64,000 nucleotides of DNA from Octopus vulgaris (taxonomy: Eukaryota). A program made the translations under genes and the position numbers. Each line of letters opens with the position of its first letter. Position 1 is the first letter of the stretch. Below, in pieces: positions 25,364 through 38,174 of this stretch. The stretch lies in contig OX597819.1 in assembly GCA_951406725.2 (NCBI GenBank), positions 35,960,001-36,024,000 on the forward strand, given 5' to 3'. The notes beneath the pieces were generated by a model. It worked only from the letters and a program-made list of their open reading frames with translations. It was not told where the DNA came from and did not search any database.

Positions 25364-25848
25364 TAGTATGTCATAATGAAAGTTTGTCTGCCATTTCAAG
25401 CCAGTTGAGTAACTACATAGAAACTCTCTAGTTGGCTCTCCCAGGTATCATTAAACTTGAGCTAACATGAAAGCATTTGGATTGTCTCTTGTCATACTAG
25501 AAATAGTATGTCAACCACTCCATATATCTAAGTGTCCTACTTTAAACTTTTTCCATGTAACTCCAGTTGTTGTCTTATGTGTCGTGAGTTGATACTAGTT
25601 GGTAAGCTGAATATTATCTTGTTAGTGTCCCTTCTAATCCACCTAAAAGAAAAAAATAACACAATATAACAGAATTTTAGATACACTCACTGCAAAAATT
25701 CCCAAAAAACTCCAGATGGGATGGTTATAACTAGCAAACCTTTGATTATAGCTCTCTCTCTCTCTCTTTTTCATTCTGTCTCTGTCTCTATCTCTGTCTA
25801 TCTGCCTGTCTCTGTATCTATCTGTCAGTCTGTCTGTCTCTGTCTGTC

Positions 25849-25895
<47 letters not shown>

Positions 25896-26244
25896 GCCTG
25901 TCTCTCTCTCTCTCTCGCTCTCTCTCTCTCTTTCTCTCTCCCTCCTATCTTAAAAAAAGACTGGACAGAAGATAATGGAGGTTTAGATACACTATGACTG
26001 AAGAATGAAAAAAATCAGATGAGATGGTCATGGCTGGAACATCCTTGAACATAGGTCTGTCACCCTACTGCTTTAAAAGATGAAAATATACATATGTTTT
26101 TTCAACACTATAATATCTAAAGACAAAAATGAGATAGTCATAGTTGATATTCCTTTGAATACAGCTGTTATTGTCTCTGGTTATAGAAACACTATTTTTG
26201 TAGGAATGGTCATGTTTGGAATGCTTTTGATCATAGGTCTGCTA

Positions 26245-26459
26245 TCCTACTGATTTAAAAGATACTGGACACAAGATAATGGGATTTTAGATACATCATC
26301 ATCATCATCGTTTAACATCTGCTTAAATGATGATGATGATCATGATCATGATCATGATGATCATGATCATGATCATGATGATCATGATGATGATGGTGAT
26401 GATGATGATGTATCTAAAGTCCTATTATCTTGTGTCTAGTATCTTTTAAATCAGTAGGA
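26245..26459. repeat. Inverted duplication (~65-bp arms) around a (CAT)/(GAT) core
   Basis: tcctactgatttaaaagatactggacacaagataatgggattttagatacatcatc is reverse-complemented at 26395-26459. Confidence 0.85.
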
Positions 26460-26667
26460 AACACTATATATTTATAAAAAAAAGACAGATGGGATGGTCA
26501 TGACTGGAACATCTTTGATTATAGTTCTGCATGATCAAGGTTGATCTGGGGGCTAAACAACAACAATTTCAGCAACTGAAAACCGAAAGAGAAAGAACCA
26601 AAATAATGTAAACATGATTAAATGTTTCTGCTAACTCCACTGTCCACCCTGTACAACATATAAACAG

Positions 26668-26824
26668 GATAGAATGATAGATTTGTGCTTGATTATACTG
26701 GATAATCAATCAATAATCGATGAAGAAATTGTTCTGCAGTTTACAGCATTGTGTTACAATCCTGACATGGTTGACTGGAAACTTTGTTTTCTCCAAGATC
26801 AATATACTAAATATAAAACACAAT
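26668..26824 (+). CDS. Candidate internal coding exon of an unknown host gene
   Basis: Branch-like CTAAC ~35 nt upstream, cag acceptor, open frame DRMIDLCLIILDNQSIIDEEIVLQFTALCYNPDMVDWKLCFLQDQYTKYKTQ, consensus donor GTAAGT; no recognised homology. Confidence 0.3.
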
Positions 26825-27475
26825 GTAAGTATACTTAGTTGAGAGGTCAGTGCTAATGTACTTAGTGTAGTGAACCAAGAAATTTTTAATTAATTCAAAT
26901 TAATGAAAAGATAGAATATGGTAACCATTGAAGTGCAAAGTAAGCCTGATCTTGACAGCATGGTGATAATTCTGGATATGGTTGCCTTATTGACCATGTA
27001 AGGAAAATATTTTACAAGTATGTTAATAGGCACATGGCCAAAAAGAGGAGAGTTTCTTGACTCTGAAAAGGATGGTTCTACAATTTCTTGCTGAACAACC
27101 TTCACAGATGATTTGTTTATAGTAATCAATTGTTTGTGCTGCATATTAGCTCAGTCCTAATCCAGGAATTGAACCATGTTCTTGTGATTAAGAATGCATT
27201 GCTCAAACCATGAGACCACAAACCGAAAATAAGTACCAACCTGGTACAGGAATAACCTTCTCTTTCACTAGCTGTCACATCACGGATATTCCATTGAGTC
27301 AAGGAATGAGAAGGTCAAGAGGATGTCCATGTCAGCTTGTAATGACTAAGACACCTAAAACACTTAATGAAAACATGGTACATACTACCAAGCCAATCTC
27401 ACTTGTGAGTAAAGACTATGGTTTTTAGGTTTGGTGATGCAAACAGGAAAACAGAACTAAAACCATAAGTATATA

Positions 27476-27846
27476 TACTCTTTACTTGTTTCAGTCATTT
27501 GATTGTGGCCATGCTGGAGCACCGCCTTTAGTCAAGCAAATCGACCCCAGGACTTGTCCTTTGTAAGCCTAGTACTTATTCTATTGGTCTCTTTTGCTGA
27601 ACAGCATCGGTTGTCAAGCGATGTTGGGGGTACAAGCACAGACACTCAAACACACACACACACACATAAATATACATATATACAACGGGCTTCTTTCAGT
27701 TTCTGTCCACCAAATCCACTCACAAGGCTTTGGTCGGTCCGAGGCTATAGTAGAAGACACTTGCCCAAGGTGCCATGCAGTGGGACTGAACCCGGAACCA
27801 TGTGGTTTCGAAGCAAGCTACTTACCACACAGCCACTCCTATGCCT
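27476..27846 (-). mobile_element. SINE family A
   Basis: Reverse copy with small internal deletion. Confidence 0.88.
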
Positions 27847-27869
27847 AATATCTTTATTATTATTATAGG

Positions 27870-29760
27870 TGTTGCAAAGTTTGTAATATTGTGATGCTGT
27901 AGATTGAAGATGTGTGCACCAGAGATTTTTACTTTCTGTCTAGTCACAAGAAGGACCTCAGACAGACTGTACTTTATGCAGTATGTGTGCAGTTACAAGT
28001 AAAGCTGATTTTTGCAATACGTGAAGATTATAGGGTATTTCTAAAGTGTCCAGATGTCTCTTCAGCTCGGGATGACAACAAGAACAGCCTTTATGTATAA
28101 CTCTTGCAGCTGTTACAGTTTGGCAATCTCAATTTTCAGGTCTCCGTATTTGTCAACTTTTTCTCTTTCTTTCATGATAATATATTGATCTCCTGGCTCT
28201 GCTGCATCAATTATTTGGCATTCTTGCTTGTCCTTCCTAAACACTACTATATTCAGCCTTTAGTGCTCTAACACCTTGTCTCTCTGTAAGTCAAAGTGAT
28301 TTTAAGCCAGAAGACACTACCCATTGATGGTTAAAGGTTTTGTCAACATTAGCATTATTAACTCTCTTTGGGTATTTGCCATTGAGAGGTTTTTCTTGCC
28401 ATTTATCAGAAAGAATATCTAAGACAGCACTTTTAGTATGGGTTTTCATACACTTAGCTTTTTCTGTGCTTGTTTCCAGTATGTCTAATTCTGGGATTTG
28501 TTGTATTTGGCATTCACTTAGACTTTCCTTTGCCTGATTTGTTACTGAGTATAATGCTTTTTTTGTTTTCATGCTTTAAAACAAGTTTTAACATCCAGTC
28601 ATCAGAGTTTTTTCAGGTTGGTTTTGAGGTCAATTATGGCAATTTTCATTGTTAGTTCCAGTTGTAAAAGTCCATGGCCACCCTTTTTTCTCGGCCGGTA
28701 AAGTCATTCAATATTTATCAACAATTTTTGTATTTTTTTGTCAAGATTACATATTTCAGTAATTGATCAGTTAATGATATTGAAACTGTAAGTCACGACC
28801 GCTATGACTAAAGTATTGATCACTTTGATCCTGTTTCTTGTATTCAGCTCTGTCTTGAGTATTGCCCTTACCTTGCGACAATATTCTCTTCTGATCCCTT
28901 ACCTCATCATTGATGTTTGATTCCATCACCTTCAAATACCCCTAGGTATTTGTAGCTCTCCACTGGTTCTAACTCCTTTATGACATTCTGCTGGTCAAGA
29001 TTAAAGGATGTTTCTGTCATTTTCCCTTTGATAAAGGTAGCTTTTGCACATTTATCAAGGCCAAATTGCATCCTGATGTCATCATTTGTTTAACAATTGC
29101 TAATAAGCCCTGTAGTTGTTGTCATTTCTGGTAAAGAGCTTTAAATCATCTATGTGAAAGAGATGATTTATATTTTTATCAAACATTTTTAGTAGCCATA
29201 TTGTACATCAAGCAATTTTGAGAGAGGTGTTAAGGCTAGACAAAAGAGGAGTGGTGATAGAGAGTCATCTTGGAAAATGCAACATGAAATTTTTACATCT
29301 CCGGCATTGAGAGATTCATTGTCACTATTCAAAGTCAGTGTGGTTCTCCATGATCACATAATTACAGACAAGAAGTTTCACAGAGTAGGTGCTATTTTAT
29401 ACATTTCCAGGCATTTCTTAATCCAGCTATGTGGTAGACTATCAAAAGCTTTTTTATAGTCTACCCAGGCTATTGACAAGTTTTTGTGTCATTTGTGACA
29501 ATCTTCCAATATCATCTTATTGATGAGTAGCTTTACAACCATAGGACCCACGTTTACATCCTTTTTGCTCATTAGGGAATATGCCACTTTTTATTAAAAA
29601 ACTATAGGTATATTCTGTCAAGCCAGATGTTAGTATTTTATACATTATAATTTTTAGGTTCATTTGTTTCTTCATTTTTGGAAGTAGGAATGTTACACCA
29701 TTAACTAGCCAAGAGGGAATCATACTAGGTTATTACAAAACATTGTTGTATAGTTTGTGA
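27870..29760 (-). mobile_element. R4/Dong-like (RLE) non-LTR retrotransposon remnant
   Basis: RT motifs EQKGC, AWVDYKKAFDS, FQDDSLSPLLF, HIDDLKL; RLE-like IVV..CQIIDAAEPGD..KEREKVDKY; C-terminal LQKSALL.TAHIL. Confidence 0.88.
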
Positions 29761-30099
29761 ATACATGAGAGTGATATATAAGCAATATACTGAGAAAGTA
29801 AAACATGATGGCAGAACATTCTGAAAGCAGCACCAATCCATCATTTTATATCTACTAACGATACTTTAAACCAGCTTGGTCTTGGCTGAATAAACACACT
29901 CATGAATAAAAAAAAATCTGGTTCAAAGATGCTCAGAGTAAAGCAAGGTGTATTTTGAAGGTTAAATTCATTGATTTCTATTATATACTAAGAGTGCTTT
30001 CCAGCCTATTAAAGATAAAGACATACCTTTATGTTACTGGAAAGGAGATGTTTAATAAATACTTGTCATTTTTATATATTGTAATTAAACATAGCTGTG

Positions 30100-30279
30100 T
30101 AGGTGTAGGCATGGTTGTGCAGATGGTGTAACAGCTCACTTCACAACCATCTGGTTTTGGATTTAGGTCCACTTTGTAACACCTTGAGCAAGTGCCTTTT
30201 AATACAGTGCTTGGCCAACCGATGTCTTGTGAGTAAATTTGGTAAATAGAAACTGTGTGGAGGCTCACTGCATATAAAT

Positions 30280-30348
<69 letters not shown>

Positions 30349-30530
30349 ATGTGCGTGTGCATGTGTGTGTGTGTCCTTGTGTTTGTGTCTGTCTCCCCAT
30401 CCAACTAAGGATAGACTTTTGTGAAAACAATGCAGGCTATGTACATAGGTGCTATTAGTTAGGTAAGAATTAGCCATGACTACCATGACGGATTTAGTGT
30501 ACAGGTAGGTATTCACCAAGGTTTGGTTTT
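30100..30530 (+). mobile_element. Diverged family A-related SINE with (TG)n
   Basis: accttgagcaagtg core and ttgtgagtaaatttggta..gaaactg. Confidence 0.65.
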
Positions 30531-30544
30531 CAGCTCCCTCCAAT

Positions 30545-31290
30545 TCATCATCATCCTCCAGCCCATAACAGAGGGATTTAAGACTGGATGCTCATGTGAA
30601 CTATTATAGAGAGCTGATGATTTTGCTCTCATAGCAGAATCTGTAACAGAACTAGAAAAGAAATTTCAGGTTTGGCTACAAAGCTTGGAATTGATAAGCC
30701 TTAAAGTTAACTTAGTAATGACCAAGGTCCTAGTAGCCTTGAAAAAAGACAGGACCTTACCTCTTTCAAGTAAATGACCCTACTCGATATGTAGGAAAGG
30801 TGTAGGTGGCAGATCCATTTGATGTTTACCTCTGTGGGCAAGGAAAATTCTTTCTCCTTGAGTGAAAGCAAGATTATAAGATGCTTGAGTATGAACTGCA
30901 ATGCTACATGGTAGAGAGACATGGGCCCTAAATACAGAAGACACATGAAGACTAGAGAGGAATGAAGCTTGTATGCTCCATTGGCTGTACAATATCAGTG
31001 CTGTGTACATGTACAACAGAGTGCTAGTGTGTTGTAATGAAAGGTAGGCATAAGAGGAATTAGATGTAGTGTGCAAGTGAAAAGACTGTGTTAGTTCAGT
31101 TATATGTTGTGTATAGATGAGGACAGTTGCATAAAGAAGCATCAATCATTTAAAGTGGATGGAACTTGTGGAAGGGGGAGACCCAGGAAGACATGGCATG
31201 AATTATTGAGGGCCAATCTCAAGCTGCTGAACCTAAAAATGACAAAGGACTGAGATATGTGACACCCTTCTGTGCTTGAGAAAACTCATT
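30545..31290 (+). mobile_element. RTE-clade LINE fragment
   Basis: ELL*RADDFALIAES..KFQVWLQSLE..LKVN..TKVL; GTCGRGRPRKTW. Confidence 0.75.
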
Positions 31291-31599
31291 CACCACAACA
31301 GAATTGATATCCTAAAGCCACCTAGGTAAATGCTTGAATGTGCAAAGCTCTGCCACTCCACCTCATCTCTTTATTCTCACTGCCTCATCAAGCTTCCCCC
31401 GTATCTTATTCCCTAACACTCATCACCTCCTTATCTCTGATGTGAATAGGCACATATTCACACAGTCTCCTCCATTTCCTTATCTTCATCTTTCCTCTCC
31501 CATCTCAGAACTACTTCCATTCCTCATTATCTTTCTCTGGCCATGCTCTCTCAAATCAGGTATTTTGAATTTAATCAATACTTACACCCAAGTGAAACT

Positions 31600-32620
31600 T
31601 CTCACGTTACCTAATGGGAATGAACCAAATTATGATCCTTTATACGTTATACTATCTGAGAAGTATAAAACCGCATATAAATCAGGAAAAAATGTCAGCG
31701 TTGATGGGTTATAAGGGTAGGATACATTCCTAGTAATACATGCCAACTAAGCCATCAAAATAAAGCATCAAAGTTCAGTAGGTCTGGGAATCAATTACCA
31801 GCTACTGCACAAACTTTTTATGTTAACAGGTATGTGTGTGTGTGTGTGTGGCGGGGTGCAGTGGAGGGAGAAAAAAATGGTTTGGGATATGAGGTTGTGT
31901 TCTCTATAACTGAGCCTTTTTACCATTAACTTAGATATCGTTATTTTGATTGCTTTATTTTCATCAACGGTCCTGGAAGAACATCTTGCCTTAATGAGCA
32001 TGTACACTTGCTGTTTGCTAACACACAGCAACAAATGGCTACCCCAAGAAATAAAATCTACAAAGCTTAAAAAAATAAAGGAAGCATTTCTCAGATGCAA
32101 AAGGGAAACAGGCTAACCACTTCATACAATTTTATTCTTGTCTATTATTCAACAGGCAAGTGTTGGTGCTGAAAGGAACCATTGTGATAAAACTGGTTCT
32201 CAGTTAGATGTCCTATTTTGAAATAATGGAAATGTATTTTGTGGTTTTTGGTTCACAATTGTGAATTTTTTCAATGTGTACTTGAAAAGACTACTGTCAT
32301 ATGAAATTTCATATTGACAATGTTTTGGGATTACATGGAAGTTACTTTTTCCAAAAGCATAAAGTTGTATGGAAAGCAAAATTAACTAAGTTGGATATAA
32401 ACAGAGAGAATATTGATTTCCATAAGATTAAAGCAACAAAAATAGATTGTAAGAAAATGTGTGTAGAATGTACTTATTGCCAGAAGAGAAAGACTGCTGA
32501 AGGGTATCGAGCTGAGACCTTTTTTATATGTTTGTTTTGTAAAGTGCCATTGTGGTTAAGGGTGCTATGGACAATTTCATTACAAGAATGTAGCATGAAA
32601 ATATTTTACTAACTCCTGAC
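31600..32620 (+). mobile_element. piggyBac transposase fossil
   Basis: NYDPLY..GKNVSVD..KGR..YMPTKPSK*SIKV and C-terminal Cys-rich CVECTYC..ETFFICLFCKVPL. Confidence 0.8.
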
Positions 32621-32697
32621 TAAAATGTAATTATTTTATGCTCGTTGCATTTGAGTATGAATAATGGGCAAAAATGGAAAATATATATTAATTTTCA

Positions 32698-32850
32698 AGG
32701 AGTGGCTGTGTGGTAAGTAGCTTGTTTACCAACTACATGGTTTCGGGTTCAGTCCCACTGCGTGGCACCTTGGGTAAGTGTCTTCTACTATAGCCTCGGG
32801 CCGACCAAAGCCTTGTGAGTGGATTTGGTAGACAGAAACTGAAAGAAGCC

Positions 32851-32893
<43 letters not shown>

Positions 32894-33118
32894 AGTGTGT
32901 GTATATATTTGTGTGTCTGTGTTTGTCCCACCAACATCGCTTGACAACCGATGCTGGTGTGTTTATGTCCCCGTAACTTAGCGGTTCAGCGAAAGAGACC
33001 AATAGAATAAGTACTAGGCTTACAAAGAATAAGTCCTGGGGTCAATTTGCTCAGCTAAAGGCAGTACTCCAGTATGGCTACAGTCAAATGACTGAAACAA
33101 GTAAAAGAGTAAAAGAGT
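32698..33118 (+). mobile_element. SINE family A, full length
   Basis: Matches other copies. Confidence 0.9.
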
Positions 33119-33958
33119 ATATGTACACCTGTAATCGTCTGTTAATGAACTTTTTTATTGGACATATTCTGTTATATAAATCTACTTAGGAAATTGAGTA
33201 AGAATACATAGCCAATAGTATATTGACTAGTAAAAGTGTTTTATACTTTCTTTTCAATGAAAATGTTTCAATGAAAAACAGAAGAAGAATAAAACCATGT
33301 ACTAATTATAACTGCCTTATAATTAATTCAAATTAATTCACCTGCTCTTGAAAAGTGGCAAAATTGTTGGAGGTCAATTCCTGCATCATTATTGGATAAT
33401 TTTAGAAACAGTACAAACAGGTAAAGTTTGTTTTGTTACTATCTGTAAAGTTATTGCTTTTACACCTATTAATTAATTTCACTTGTCCATAGAAGTTAAA
33501 TTTAACAAAATCAGGTAAACCTACATAATTGTAAGTCATTGGTATTTAAACACCTTCTGACAGAATTTTAAGTTTGCACATAAAAAATTAACAAAGTTAT
33601 AAACTCTTGATCATGATTAGTTTAAGAAAATGTGTATAAATAAGCATTACATGTAACAGAGTAAACAATAGGTATGCTTTTTTCCCCCCCATCATATTTT
33701 GATATATACGTAGCTGTATGAACCATGCCACACAAAAACCTGACCTGATAGAGCAGTGTACTGTTTTCTGTACAAAAATACTATAACAATCAGATATTTT
33801 ATTGATAGAACACACAGGGTGGCAAAATCATTAGAGCATCAGAAAAAAACACTTTGCAGTATTTGTTCTGGCTCTTTACAGTCTGAGTTCAAATCTACCT
33901 GAGGTCAACTTTGCCTTCCATCCATTTGAGGTCAATGAAATAAAGCACCAGTCAAGTA

Positions 33959-34127
33959 CAGTGCTATCTAAGCCATATTATTGCCCCCCAGGCAAACTAA
34001 TGCACTGGGCCTTACAGTGTTTATTTATTGACTGCAAACCATAGGATACATAGATCAAAATAGGACCCTTAGACCCATGTGGTCCCTGGGCAGCTGCTCA
34101 GTGTGTCCATGTCTTAAGATAGCACTG
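33959..34127. mobile_element. 169-bp MITE inserted in a family D SINE
   Basis: TIR CAGTGCTATCT/AGATAGCACTG; duplicated target (g)tcaagta(c). Confidence 0.8.
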
Positions 34128-34250
34128 TCAAGTACTAGGGCCAAAGGTATCAACTAAACTCCTCTTCTAAAAATTGCTGGTCTTTTTCTTAAAAGGGCAT
34201 ATGGCGTAGTGGTTAAGATTCTGAGTTTGATTCCAGGCAGTGACCTGAAA

Positions 34251-34299
<49 letters not shown>

Positions 34300-34347
34300 T
34301 CGAAAAATACCTTAGGAATGAAGAACCCAGGTTCGAAATTTACCCAA

Positions 34348-34393
34348 GACACCTGATGAAGATTGGAGGGTATATCAGCCGAAACATTGTGTT
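34348..34393 (+). ncRNA. Minimal type I hammerhead motif (slightly decayed) in Penelope-like fragment ~34300-34450
   Basis: GACAC-CUGAUGA-A-GAUUG..CAGCC-GAAA-CAUU-GUGUU; follows (TAA)n. Confidence 0.6.
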
Positions 34394-34899
34394 AACAACA
34401 AAGAAGATGAAAACAAATATCTGTCAAATATAAACAATGTAAATAATGTATATATGACTATTTCATCAACTTTTGTATGTTGTAGTCATAAGGGACCATC
34501 AGCCTTAGTCTGAAAAATGATTTCATTATCACTAGCTCACAATATTTTCTCATGTAGCTTATTCCAATTGCTCTTCATTTTGGTTTAGGTGGGAACTGCT
34601 AAAGTTATGAAATTGTAATTTCCCCAATTTACATACATTCACAAAATTGTTTTTTCTTTTCTCTCTCCCTCCTTTTCCTGTTCTTTTTATTTATTGCTCC
34701 AGTATGACGACTGTCTAATTGACTAAAACAAATAAAAAAAAAAAGGATGTAAGAAGCAAATTTTCTCCATTTAGAATCAGGGAAGTTATGTGATATTGAA
34801 CCACAGTCTTATTTTTATTTATTTTAATACAGAGCTTATTTTTATTTATTTTAATACTTTTTAGTTTGAGATTATCTCATCAAACTGATATTATCTTTT

Positions 34900-35470
34900 T
34901 CCATGCATATTAGATGTGCATTGGCTGTTTTTTGCTGTTCAACAAACCATGTATCTGCACCAATGCTATTAAATTTTTATGCAACAATTTTATTCTCAGA
35001 GTGTGATTCATCTCAATAAAATGATCCACTTGTAGAATGTTAGCAGTGGCTGATAACTGGGAGATATTAGCGGGTGAAAGAGGGAAGCAGACAATGCCTC
35101 CAGAAGAGGTGAGCATGATCTTGAGACCTGATCAGTGTTTCCTGAGTCAAGGGTAGCACATCATGTTATCAATATGGAGTTGATTGTGTCGTAGGAGATG
35201 TGAAGGGAAGAAGTGAAAGAGAAGTCAGGGAAGTATGTGATGATAGAAGAATGCCAGAAAATGGATGGAGGACAAAGCTGTGGGTGGTGAGATTGTGTCA
35301 ACAGTCTTTGCAGGGTTTGCATTTAGAAAGTGGATTTGGGCTCTGGGTATGGTTAGACTTGAGGTAGGAAGGGTGGGTGAGACAGAGTTGTTCACCAGCA
35401 GAGGTTGGTTCACGTTGGGTGGCACATAAGTTGATAAGCAGCACTGGAGGAGGTACACAGCAGGGCACCA
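34900..35470 (-). mobile_element. Ancient LINE RT remnant (tentative)
   Basis: Decayed AKTVDTISPPTALSS, reminiscent of the KAFD.V.H..LL motif; purine-rich plus strand. Confidence 0.3.
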
Positions 35471-36354
35471 TAATGCAGTACTAATTAGCCAAACATCAAT
35501 TAAATTTGGCGTGCAGTTGATGATCCTCCAGTGTTAGCAATGAGGAACTTCACAGTTGATATATTTTTTTTATAGGTGTCATAATTACCAAATCACACAT
35601 ACATGCACTTGTTTTAAGATCAGTAATATAATTAAGCAAATGTTCATTTTCTTGGAGTGAAATAAACTGAAACATGCTCCTCTTTATATAAGTGATTGTT
35701 TTTCTTGGGTGGGGGCCTTCAGTAAATTTGTTACATTTACATAAGGTACTTCTTCAAAATTTAGAGCATGATAAATTCTGTGAAGGTTTTTCCTTCCAAC
35801 AAATAATGGCCTCACTCTTTTATTGTTGCTATGTGCTGTAGCTAGTTCAAGATACAATTCTAATATATTGAGCCAATTCTTCATAGCTTGTGCCATTCTA
35901 TCTGGCAGAGCTGAATATCAAGAATGGTGGAATATATTTTGTCCCCCATATAATTTGTCCAATAATGTTCTTATTGAATGTCTAACTCTGTTCTTCCACC
36001 ATAAAGTGCTAATCCAAAATCAAGATGTAGTTACAAGCAGTCCATCATCTCTAGAAGCTTTCTTCAACTCAATGACCAAACTTCCTTCATCAAACTGGTA
36101 ACCATCTTAATTGGTAAAGCTACTTAACAATTAAGGATGAGTCACATGGTATAATAGGCATAGAAATCTTATAAGACATGTGACACTACCATAAAAATGA
36201 TATACATTCTGCTAAATTTGGTAACTTTGAAGAGGAAGTAAGCAAATGCTTATAAGCTGTAAAGATGCAAAATTTGTCAGTTTAATTCTCATTTCAAAAT
36301 GCTGTAAAAATATAACCCTGTGGTGTAATGACAAAGACCAGTTCACAGTGAAAC

Positions 36355-36393
<39 letters not shown>

Positions 36394-36425
36394 CCAAGAA
36401 GAAAGCAACAAGAATGGATCGGTAG

Positions 36426-36512
36426 TTTAGTACAATTGTTTCATACTATAAACATTTTATTTAAAGCTGCAAATATTACAGCAAATATAATTTCAAGTAT
36501 TCTTCAGCTAAA
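36426..36512 (-). ncRNA. Type I hammerhead ribozyme with 48-nt stem II loop
   Basis: UUUAG-CUGAAGA-AUACU-(48 nt)-AGUAU-GAAA-CAAUUG-UA-CUAAA; stems I and II perfect, palindromic stem III, GUA triplet. Confidence 0.8.
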
Positions 36513-36586
36513 TTTCATATAGGTTTTCCAAACATCTTAGAGAGTGTAAATATCCTATCCTTTTATATATATATATATATATATAA

Positions 36587-36890
36587 TACAAATAAGAAAA
36601 TGGAGGAACAAATTCATTTCAATCATCAACTTACAGATATTACAATTTCATATTATTTATTAATTATACAAATAGGAACATGAAAATTGAACAACACAAT
36701 ATACATCAATATGCAAATTAATAATACAATAAAAATAATACAAATAAACTGCTCCTTACAGCTGTTTCAGCCTATGGTCAAGAGGCAATCCACCTTAAAT
36801 TGCTCATATATGCCATTATAGTATAGTCTTAGGCATTAAGTTTATATTTGTCTGTTTAAATAACCTAAGGCCTCGTCAGAGGATATACAT
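36587..36890 (-). mobile_element. Penelope-like pLTR fragment
   Basis: Between (TA)n and (TAA)n; contains a hammerhead; second inverted copy at ~58300-58580. Confidence 0.6.
36753..36883 (-). ncRNA. Type I hammerhead ribozyme with 94-nt stem II loop
   Basis: UCCU-CUGACGA-GGCCU-(94 nt)-AGGCU-GAAA-CAGCUG-UA-AGGA. Confidence 0.75.
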
Positions 36891-36908
36891 AATTACAAAG
36901 TTATAATA

Positions 36909-36946
<38 letters not shown>

Positions 36947-37098
36947 TTGATATATAAAAAAAAAGACCTGCTTCCCATACTATCCTATAAGAACAAGAAG
37001 ATAAATGGTAAAACAGATACTCAAAATACCTATATATATATATACACATAAACACATAGATACATATAAAATATACAAATATACATACATATAAATAT

Positions 37099-37150
<52 letters not shown>

Positions 37151-37329
37151 AAGAAAGAGAGAGAGAGAAGACAAACATATGCTACCATTATTCCAGTGGT
37201 GCATATCACCTAATAAACTTCTAATTGAATATTACCTGAAGATGTGGCAACATTACATAATATGAAATAGTATCAAAAAGCTCCCAGACTAGTACTGTAG
37301 TGTGCCAACAGATGGCAGCACATGGTTAT

Positions 37330-38174
37330 ATGTGCAGTGAGAAGTAGAAATGACCTTCATGAAACAGTATGCCTAGTGATATTACTGTGTTTACTTCATA
37401 ATTTGTGAAAGTTGTGCCTTTGTGATCATGTTTATGCTGTAGTCTGAGAATTTTGTCATAGACAGGAAGTTGGAACAAAGAGCCAATTTGAAATTTTGCA
37501 TTAAACTTGGGAAGTCTGGTACAGAGACATTGAGCATGCTTTGACAAGCTTATGGTGATGAGGCAATGGGTTATATACAATTTTATGAGTGGTATGGGCA
37601 CTACAAAAGGCACAACAGAGCCGCAGCTCAATCAAGGGCATGCTCATTGTTTTTTTTCAACATCCATGGTATTGTGCATCAATAATTCATCCAACAGTTC
37701 CAGACAATCAATTGAGAATTCTACTGCAACGCTTTGATGCATTTAAAGGAGGACATTTGGCAAAAGGGACCAGATCTGTGGAGTGTACATATTTGGATTC
37801 TTCATGGTGATAATGCACCCTGTCACCGAGCTCATCACTTGTGAGTTTCTCACCAGAAAAAACATGGTATCACTTCTGTGCCCACTGTATTTACCAGATT
37901 TTGCACCTATGGATTTCCATCTCTTCCTCAAGATGAAAATGCAGCTCAAAGATCGCTGTTTTAACACCATTCTTGAGATGAAGAGCAAATTGCAGAAGGT
38001 CTTCAACTTATGGAAAAACAACTTCCAGGCCAGATTTCAAAAGTGGCCGGAATGCTGAGACCAGTGTATTACTGTGCAAGGTGACTATTTCGAAGGAGAT
38101 GATGTTAAAACTTAGGTAAATAAGCTATTTTTTACTAAACATAACTAGTCTGGAAACCTTTTCATACCACCTTG
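37330..38174 (+). mobile_element. mariner (DD34D) remnant with internal deletions
   Basis: EQRANLKFCIKLGKSGTETLSML*QAYGDEAM; LHGDNAPCH..PLYLPDFAPMDFHLF; right end followed by TA. Confidence 0.88.

Noticed and set aside
35684-36110. Protein-like minus-strand ORF pieces
   Set aside because: Interrupted by stops, no recognisable motif or splice signals; possibly an old TE
37230-37280. CTGAAGA...GAAA motif; similar CTGANGA hits near 6060, 16808 and 49340
   Set aside because: No consistent stem I/II pairing or no correctly placed GAAA and NUH
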